Shown here piece after piece: positions 16,548 to 23,199 of a stretch of 23,199 nucleotides of DNA. Source of the stretch: an uncultured archaeon (GTDB taxonomy: Archaea > Asgardarchaeota > Lokiarchaeia > Sigyniarchaeales > SOKP01). How positions within the stretch are numbered: position 1 is the first letter of the stretch; each line of letters begins with the position of its first letter. A program made the translations under genes and the position numbers. The stretch spans positions 12,501-35,699 of the forward strand of contig CAZBPC010000021.1 in the NCBI GenBank assembly GCA_964493715.1. Direction: 5' to 3'. The notes under the pieces are model-generated. The model saw only the letters and a program-made list of their open reading frames with translations, had not been told where the DNA came from and did not search any database.

Positions 16548-18245
16548 GTGGCCAAAGACAAGAAAAAGAAAAAGAAAGGAGAAGAACAACAAGACTTCGG
16601 TACGTTCTCCCAGTTAATGGGAGGTTCTTCAGATTCAAAATCACACAAAGGAAAAGATAAAAAAGCCCAAAAAGCAGTAGATATCTCCTCAGGAATACAG
16701 ATTGGAGCACAAATAGATCGATCGAATGATAATTTATTTCTCGGAACTGATTACAGAGAAATTCTTATCCCAGATAGACCTTGGGCTGAAATTCTAGCAG
16801 ATATTGAACATTGGACTCCATTACCATTCACTCACGGTATTGAAATGGAATTAATTATTGCTGATGATATTGGAGACTATCCCCCAGGAGACGAGATGGT
16901 GTTTCGGATGAAAGAAATCGTAAAAGACGCTATAAAAATAATGGACCAGATCCTGTATCAAGGAAGAGCTGAGTTCCTTCCAGTTCCGGATTTCATTCGA
17001 CAAAAAGTTATGGCTCGTCCTTGGGGTCGGGATGATCTCGAAAAGGGATATGCTATGGATATCCGTTATAGATTACCCAATAATGTTGAAGTAGATATTG
17101 ACACTTTTGCTCGTGATGGCAACGTAACTGCTGTGACATATATATTGGAACTCGTAACTCCTCCATGTGAATATGCTGAGGAACTCGCATACTGGGCAAG
17201 CACTCTTTTCCTTTTAGCTAAAAATACTTTACCTAATGATCTCCACATAATCGCTTCAGCAATTAATCCTGCAGCGAAAGAATATATGCGTGGCTTGACC
17301 CAAGCTGATCACTCTCACTTAGGTTCTTTTGGCTCAGATTTAGAAAAGATTCAAGCATATTGCATGATAAGAAATTTTCTTCCTCATATCATTGCATTAA
17401 CCTGCAATTCTCCCATATTGAACAACCAACCAACAGATGTAGTAAAAATAGTTGATAGAAGGATCACTGCTCCTAATTGTGTGCGATCCTTAAGATTGAA
17501 AAACAATACGACAATGCTAAGTAATAATGATCCGAAACATTTTATTCCATATTTAACATCTGCGGATGAAGAATCTATTAAATATTTCCTTCAAGTAGTT
17601 CAAAAAGCAAGCCTGGAAGATGGCCGGTTCCAAGATGTATTTCCATTTACAGATTGGGGCACTATTGAAATTCGTATTAGTGATGCCCAAATCTCGATAT
17701 GTCGTAGAATTGGTATTGCATTATTAATCCAAACACTCTGTTATAAAGCCGTCAAACTTCTTCAGAAAGGTGTATGGGTACCCGATGCCGGTTCTGAAAC
17801 CATAGCCTATAACAGGAAAACTTCAATAGAACGTGGTCTAATTTCATTATTCCGTCCTCAAAATCTTACTCGCGAGCATTTGGCACAATATGATCCTGCA
17901 TTTGCAGAACAATATCTTGGTCCTGAAGCTCAACCTGTTAGATATATGACTCAAGCAGTTCAAAGAATGTTCTTTTATCTAAAGGATGAGCTGAAAGAGC
18001 TTGGTTTTCTATACTCTCCATTCTTAAAACCAATCCTTCAGTCTGTTTTTGGGAGTGTAAGTTATGCAAAGCCTCCAATAACAGAAGCAGAGTATCAATT
18101 GAGCTTATATCAATATAAATTAGATAATAATGAAGATCCAAACATTCTCTACGATTTGATCTACTTTACCATTCAATACTGCCAAGACCCCCTAAATAAT
18201 CCTCTAACTGGGACACTAACTCTTCCGAAAGAAATGAGAGAATAA
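16548..18245 (+). CDS. Glutamate-cysteine ligase family 2 (GCS2/YbdK-like) carboxylate-amine ligase with Lys-rich disordered N-terminus
   Basis: Motifs THGIEMEL (ExE), LELVTPP, DHSHLG, LPHIIAL..NSP and GTIEIRISDAQ are present. The start is GTG. Confidence 0.82.
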   Translation: MAKDKKKKKKGEEQQDFGTFSQLMGGSSDSKSHKGKDKKAQKAVDISSGIQIGAQIDRSNDNLFLGTDYREILIPDRPWAEILADIEHWTPLPFTHGIEMELIIADDIGDYPPGDEMVFRMKEIVKDAIKIMDQILYQGRAEFLPVPDFIRQKVMARPWGRDDLEKGYAMDIRYRLPNNVEVDIDTFARDGNVTAVTYILELVTPPCEYAEELAYWASTLFLLAKNTLPNDLHIIASAINPAAKEYMRGLTQADHSHLGSFGSDLEKIQAYCMIRNFLPHIIALTCNSPILNNQPTDVVKIVDRRITAPNCVRSLRLKNNTTMLSNNDPKHFIPYLTSADEESIKYFLQVVQKASLEDGRFQDVFPFTDWGTIEIRISDAQISICRRIGIALLIQTLCYKAVKLLQKGVWVPDAGSETIAYNRKTSIERGLISLFRPQNLTREHLAQYDPAFAEQYLGPEAQPVRYMTQAVQRMFFYLKDELKELGFLYSPFLKPILQSVFGSVSYAKPPITEAEYQLSLYQYKLDNNEDPNILYDLIYFTIQYCQDPLNNPLTGTLTLPKEMRE

Positions 18246-18341
18246 GAACATCAATTTTATTATCTTATAAAACTTATAAAAATTAAATAAAAAAGGATAT
18301 TCCACTCTTAATAATATTCTTTATGCACAATATATAATAAT

Positions 18342-19223
18342 ATGGTAGAAAAGAAGAAAATTGTCTTCGTTGGCCCTTCTGGTGTGGGAAAGACGACAAT
18401 TAAGAATGTATTTTTCGAAATGGCTAATCCGCTTTATCTTTTAAATAATTCTCTTCCCCCCACACGAGGGTTTAATTCAACCTCATACCACTTTCAAGAT
18501 GATGAAGTTGGTGTGTTTGACTTGGCAGGGCAAGAGAACGAAAAATGGTTTAATCAAGAGCGAGAAATCTTTGCATTTGCTAACCTTATAATCTGTGTTT
18601 TAGATGTTAATAGTTATTTGAATGATATCTTCAAATTTATAAAAAAATTATATATCTTAATCAAAGAAATCGGGTTGGGTAATCTTTCTTTAGCGATCTT
18701 GTTACATAAGGTAGATTTAACGGAGTCGCTATATCTTCAGCACAAGGTAAAAGCAGTTGAAGAATTTGTTGAAAAGGAAGTAACGGGGATTAAGAAGATT
18801 TCAATCCATGCTACATCAATATCGAAAGAATACTTTTTAGACACTTATGATAAAACAGCAGAAATATTTCTTAATGTATTTCAAGATAAATTAAATTATA
18901 GTCAAAAATCCTTTATTCAAGATTTTCGAATGGATATGAAAATCATACTCCAATATGATGATTTAGAGAAGCATTCACAAGCTGAACTTTTTCAAGATTT
19001 AGATTTACCAACAAAAGAATCAAGTTTACATCTCGCTAGATTAGAAAAATTAGGTTTTCTTGAATTCTTAGGAACCACTCAATATTTTAAGATGACAGAA
19101 CGTGCGATTTTTATTAAATCTGATATAGTAAGCACGAAATTAGATGAAAGAGAAAGTAAAATTAACAAGGTTCTTGAATTTCTTTATTTATTTTCTAATT
19201 TCAAGCTAATGAGTAATAATTGA
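18342..19223 (+). CDS. Small GTPase, Rag/Gtr1-like, with C-terminal winged-helix-like domain
   Basis: G1 GPSGVGKT, G2 PT, G3 DLAGQE, G4 HKVD and G5 TSI are present. The tail SQAELFQDL...HLARLEKLGFLE...FKMTERA resembles a winged helix. Confidence 0.82.
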   Translation: MVEKKKIVFVGPSGVGKTTIKNVFFEMANPLYLLNNSLPPTRGFNSTSYHFQDDEVGVFDLAGQENEKWFNQEREIFAFANLIICVLDVNSYLNDIFKFIKKLYILIKEIGLGNLSLAILLHKVDLTESLYLQHKVKAVEEFVEKEVTGIKKISIHATSISKEYFLDTYDKTAEIFLNVFQDKLNYSQKSFIQDFRMDMKIILQYDDLEKHSQAELFQDLDLPTKESSLHLARLEKLGFLEFLGTTQYFKMTERAIFIKSDIVSTKLDERESKINKVLEFLYLFSNFKLMSNN

Positions 19224-19304
19224 TTGCCTAATGGTTTATCCTATTATGAGAAGAAAAAATTGGTTTTTTCAAGAAAAAGGTATTCTCAATTCGTTTTTTA
19301 TCTC

Positions 19305-19976
19305 TTATTCTTTTTTACGTTCTACTATTACATAATTAATCAATCTTAGTGCTATAAGAAACAAGGTAACAATTTGGTAAGTAATAGCGAGGGGTAATAC
19401 CAGTTGATCTTGGGCTATAATAATAGCTAAAATATCCAACCACATAAGTACCAGTAATAATAAAAAGGAATCGAGTACGATCCTAATATTTTCTTTCTTT
19501 ACTCCCATACACATCCATAATAGAATCGTGCTAAAAACAAAGGGTAAATATAACAAATTCATTGGAGAAAACCAATTCCATGGAGCAGCAAATATCATCA
19601 AGCCATAACCTAAGGTTGCAAAGAGAAAAGCAATGACTGATATGCGTCTTAATACTCTACGCCATATTGGGGGTTTCTCTTCCCATTCAATCTTATCAAT
19701 AAGGGATATTATAAATCTACTCCTTCCAATCTTTGCTTTAAACGTCATTCCTTTCTTTTTTAATAGAACACCTGAAATTAAAAACAGTAATAAAATTTTA
19801 GCTAAACCATATTCTAGGTACACCATGAATGGAAAATGATATATGGGCGGATCATCTGGTATCGGGACAATTAGTGTTACTACTATAATACACGCCGTAA
19901 TGATGTTTATAGTGAGAATTAAACGAACAATTAAAGTTGTTCTTTTCATTATAAATTCGGATAATGCCATTATCAT
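19305..19976 (-). CDS. Hypothetical membrane protein (about 6 TM)
   Basis: The 223-aa ORF has about 6 hydrophobic segments and fills the gap between the flanking genes. The exact start is uncertain. Confidence 0.7.
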   Translation of the reverse strand: MIMALSEFIMKRTTLIVRLILTINIITACIIVVTLIVPIPDDPPIYHFPFMVYLEYGLAKILLLFLISGVLLKKKGMTFKAKIGRSRFIISLIDKIEWEEKPPIWRRVLRRISVIAFLFATLGYGLMIFAAPWNWFSPMNLLYLPFVFSTILLWMCMGVKKENIRIVLDSFLLLLVLMWLDILAIIIAQDQLVLPLAITYQIVTLFLIALRLINYVIVERKKE

Positions 19977-20154
19977 GTTATAAAATTATAATAGGATTTA
20001 AAAAGGTTTTACTATGATTAAAATTGTTAATATGATGACAGATCTTCATTTGATTCAAATTACAAATTACATAATATTAAATCCAATAAGTTAGATATTT
20101 ATTGCATATTAGCAATTTTTAGATTAGAGGATAACAACCATACAAGGATAGAAA

Positions 20155-21690
20155 ATGTTAACAGCAACAATTGAACAAAATGGACAGAAAAAAACCGAAA
20201 ATGTTTTTGTTATCGACGCTCATTCTCATCTAGGGGAAGATGTTGATGGCGCCACCATGATGAATCCATTAGCACCTGGTACGGGGACCTTTGATTTTTG
20301 GGGGAATGTTCAGGGTCGAATTAAAGCGGATTGGGAAACAAATGGAGAACAATCTTTCATGACCAGTATTGCTGGAACTCCGACCAGAATCACGTGGTCC
20401 TTCAATCAGTTTCCATTCACAGATAAATTGTATATGGCTTTGGAGGAATTAGGTAAGCGATATTCTGATTTAAAGCAGAAATCGAAATTTTATGCTTTTA
20501 TTGATCAGGGTGTTGTGTTTCCCTTTCAAGATGTTTTTCGAGATAAACATCCCGAAGCATTATATAGGGCAAGCAACATAAATATTTCCCGATTTACAAC
20601 TCGATTCCCCTTTTCCATGAAACTAATTGGATACGCACGTGTCGATCCTATGGAGGGAGAGAAAGCAGTGAGAGAAGTAAAATATGCACGCGAAGTATTG
20701 GGACTTAGAGGATTGAAGTTACATCCTCGGTCTGAAGGCTGGATTGATAATGTAAATGAAAATAGAGTAATTAATGTTTTAGTGGAAGCTTCAAGGCATT
20801 CAATGCCGGTCATTTTTGATACTAGAGGAAGAGGGACAATTTTAAGCATTGCTGAATTAATAAGATCCACGAGAGCTTTTTTGAGCCAGAATCATCCGAG
20901 TTTAGTTCCTCACTTCAAGGTTATTATAGCTCATTTTGCTCAGGGAAATATTGGAGATACGGAAGTATATAATGCCGTTGTTCAACCTAATGTATATGGA
21001 GATCTATCAATGCTTCATGGAGAAGGTGCAGGTAATTTTTTTGAAGATTTTCGCCGCTGGTTTAAAAGCAATAATAAGATTACTGTAGATAACCGAGATT
21101 GGTCAGAATATTTATTATACGCTTCTGATTATCCTTATTTTGGAGATGTACATGCTGAAAAACTCATGATTTACATTATTAATAAACGTTTTTTTGATTC
21201 GGGAGGGACCTTAGCAGATACAAGAAACATATTGGGGTTAAATCAATTAAAAATATTACCTGAGTATAACCTCTATCCTGAGCAGAAAAGCAAAAAAAGC
21301 CTTTCGACTACCATTATTTCTCAAACTAAACCCAGAATCTCCCCTTATGATTTAGGAATAAAAGTTTTGGCAAAATTGATTAATGAGAACAAAATGGACA
21401 TTAAGAAATTTTGTATTCAAATTAAAACCAACTGGAATGATTTTAATAATATTTTGATTGATGCGGTAAACCCAATCACAAAAGAAGAAATTCTCTTGAC
21501 TTTTATGGAATTAGTAAAAGATCAAATTTCTATATTAGCTCCTCTTGCTCAAAATTCAAAATGGAATTCAAAGCATATGAAGTATTTTAATCCCACAGAT
21601 AGATCTTTTTTTGCTTCACTCTTTAATAGAACATATTTAGCGAGTGATGAGGAGCAAATAACAAATTGCTTTAATCAGATTTTATTGTAA
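20155..21690 (+). CDS. Metal-dependent amidohydrolase (TIM barrel, Amidohydro_2-like) with C-terminal extension
   Basis: Motifs IDAHSH, GYARVDP, GLKLHP, IIAHF and YASDYPY are present. Confidence 0.85.
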   Translation: MLTATIEQNGQKKTENVFVIDAHSHLGEDVDGATMMNPLAPGTGTFDFWGNVQGRIKADWETNGEQSFMTSIAGTPTRITWSFNQFPFTDKLYMALEELGKRYSDLKQKSKFYAFIDQGVVFPFQDVFRDKHPEALYRASNINISRFTTRFPFSMKLIGYARVDPMEGEKAVREVKYAREVLGLRGLKLHPRSEGWIDNVNENRVINVLVEASRHSMPVIFDTRGRGTILSIAELIRSTRAFLSQNHPSLVPHFKVIIAHFAQGNIGDTEVYNAVVQPNVYGDLSMLHGEGAGNFFEDFRRWFKSNNKITVDNRDWSEYLLYASDYPYFGDVHAEKLMIYIINKRFFDSGGTLADTRNILGLNQLKILPEYNLYPEQKSKKSLSTTIISQTKPRISPYDLGIKVLAKLINENKMDIKKFCIQIKTNWNDFNNILIDAVNPITKEEILLTFMELVKDQISILAPLAQNSKWNSKHMKYFNPTDRSFFASLFNRTYLASDEEQITNCFNQILL

Positions 21691-21738
21691 ACTACTTAAC
21701 TGAATATTAATTTTTGAATGGTTTTTTAAGGTCCATTA

Positions 21739-22275
21739 TTATTTGAAAGAATTTTTATCTAATAGTTTCTTCATCATTAATTCGAATGCATACTCTATAT
21801 TTAATCCCGTTTTCGAAGATGTTTTTATATTAGCTATTAATCTATTCTTAAGCATTAAATTAATTGGAACATCGTCCTTAATTAAATCAGGCTCTACTAA
21901 ATCATATTTAGTACCAACTAATAGAATCAATAGATCTTCATCTTGAGATCTTACAAGATTTATCCATTCTTCAGCGTTAATAATACTTTTTGGTTCAGAT
22001 AAATCATAGAGTAAAAATGCTCCAGAAGCACCTCCAATATATTTATTTTGCATGAATCTAAATTGATTTTGACCACCAAAATCCCAAAGTTGAAACGCAA
22101 CTTCATAAGTTTTATATATTAACCGCTTTAAATAAAAATCCACTCCAATGGTAATTTTGGGAACATCATAAAATAATCCCTCAACGTATCTTCTAAGGAG
22201 AGTAGTTTTTCCTACAAATCCATCTCCTACAGTGATTAATTTGAATAGAACTTGTTTCAACATGGATTTTTCCAT
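21739..22275 (-). CDS. Rab-like small GTPase (Ras superfamily)
   Basis: Motifs G1 GDGFVGKTT, TIGVDF, QLWDFGGQ.QFR, GTKYD and TSSKTG.NI..AF are present. There is no C-terminal Cys motif. Confidence 0.92.
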   Translation of the reverse strand: MEKSMLKQVLFKLITVGDGFVGKTTLLRRYVEGLFYDVPKITIGVDFYLKRLIYKTYEVAFQLWDFGGQNQFRFMQNKYIGGASGAFLLYDLSEPKSIINAEEWINLVRSQDEDLLILLVGTKYDLVEPDLIKDDVPINLMLKNRLIANIKTSSKTGLNIEYAFELMMKKLLDKNSFK

Positions 22276-22688
22276 TCTTGATATATTTTACTCATCTAAT
22301 CTAATTTACGTATTGCTATCGTTTCTTTGATCTTTTAGTTGTGTAACCTTTCGAGAATTACTTGCGTATTACTTGTTATTCCAACATTAGTATAACCTAC
22401 AAAAGTGCTTTTCTTTACTAAAAGATCTTTTATAAAAAATTACTAATATATACTATAAAAGAATAACTTAGTACATATAAATATCTACGTTTTATATTTT
22501 TACATATAGTAAAAGCATCGTTTTAAAGTAAAATAGCATTATTTTCTCATTGATTTAAGAGACATTAGCTTTTTTGCTAAAATTTAAATACACATAGTTA
22601 TTCACTATTATTATTCAGATTAGTGTATATTTACAAATGTGTAAACTAATTTGAGATATAATTTAAAAATTTTTATTTCAAATATATT

Positions 22689-23105
22689 ATGCATACTCAC
22701 GAAAGTTTAATTAATCAAAAAGATCTGCATCGATTAAAATTAGAAGTATTAGGTGCAGAGTTAATAAGATTTTCAAAATCTTCAAATCTCTTAGAAATTC
22801 TTTTTAACGATGGAATCGCAATTTCATTAACACAAAAGATGTTATATAAATTCAGAAATGAACTATTTAAAAGAAAACAAGGAAATATTATGGGAAATAT
22901 AGATGATTTCACAGCGTACATCCATTTTTTTGAGCTTGAGAGAAATGAAGTTTTAATTGTGTTTTATTTAGATAAAAAAGAAAGCGTGAACAGAATTATA
23001 GATAGAGCTTATTGTATCTATGAGAAAATTTATTTCAATTTATTATGCGAACACAATGTGCAAGATATAGTTAATCTCTGTAATAATATTTTTCTAGTTC
23101 GTTGA
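22689..23105 (+). CDS. Hypothetical protein
   Basis: The 138-aa ORF has an ATG start and a TATA-like TTTAAAAA about 20 nt upstream. No recognisable motif was found. Confidence 0.55.
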   Translation: MHTHESLINQKDLHRLKLEVLGAELIRFSKSSNLLEILFNDGIAISLTQKMLYKFRNELFKRKQGNIMGNIDDFTAYIHFFELERNEVLIVFYLDKKESVNRIIDRAYCIYEKIYFNLLCEHNVQDIVNLCNNIFLVR

Positions 23106-23199
23106 TTCAAATCATTTACTCATTATAACAATTAAATTTTGAAATAGATATTTATTTTTAAATCAAATAAGAGTGCAATCTTTACATATTTGATAAAAA

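Noticed and set aside
21739-21800. Prenylation link between the Rab-like GTPase and the isoprenoid cluster
   Set aside because: The GTPase ends in KNSFK with no CaaX/CC/CxC motif, and no protein prenyltransferase gene is in the window.
2025-22921. Short 60-114 aa ORFs overlapping larger genes (e.g. 7183-7413, 8023-8211, 8246-8428, 9548-9748, 10458-10718, 16510-16710, 20526-20870, 21743-21946)
   Set aside because: These are shadow or alternate-frame ORFs of well-supported genes and carry no motifs.
1-23199. CRISPR arrays, tRNA/rRNA genes, IS elements, inteins, or additional BHB introns in other genes
   Set aside because: No regularly spaced repeats, cloverleafs, transposase motifs or intein termini were seen. 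The other recognisable genes appear full-length. Short in-frame, stop-free introns cannot be excluded by eye and need a computational BHB scan.

Overview
This is an AT-rich archaeal window, most likely from an Asgard archaeon (Lokiarchaeia-like). That assignment is inferred from the combination of Rab-like and Rag-like small GTPases, a 7TM protein, archaeal TATA/SD signals and archaeal lipid genes. Positions 1.8-14.5 kb form an almost complete isoprenoid cluster: geranylgeranyl reductase, polyprenyl-PP synthase and UbiX on the + strand; HMGS, class II HMGR, UbiD-like AMPD, two AcnX-type PMDh subunits, mevalonate kinase, IPK and IDI-2 on the - strand; and a divergent cis-prenyltransferase. This gene set matches the modified archaeal mevalonate pathway. 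The main finding is that the mevalonate kinase gene really starts at 7527 and is interrupted inside its conserved GE|H motif by a 30-nt insertion (7453-7482) carrying an in-frame TAA. The insertion folds into a bulge-helix-bulge motif whose predicted cut sites restore the frame exactly, which makes it a candidate tRNA-endonuclease-type intron in a metabolic mRNA. The flanks encode Hsp20 (with a candidate operator), a GCS2-family ligase with an uncharacterised partner, a Rag-like GTPase with a winged-helix tail, an amidohydrolase and a Rab-like GTPase.
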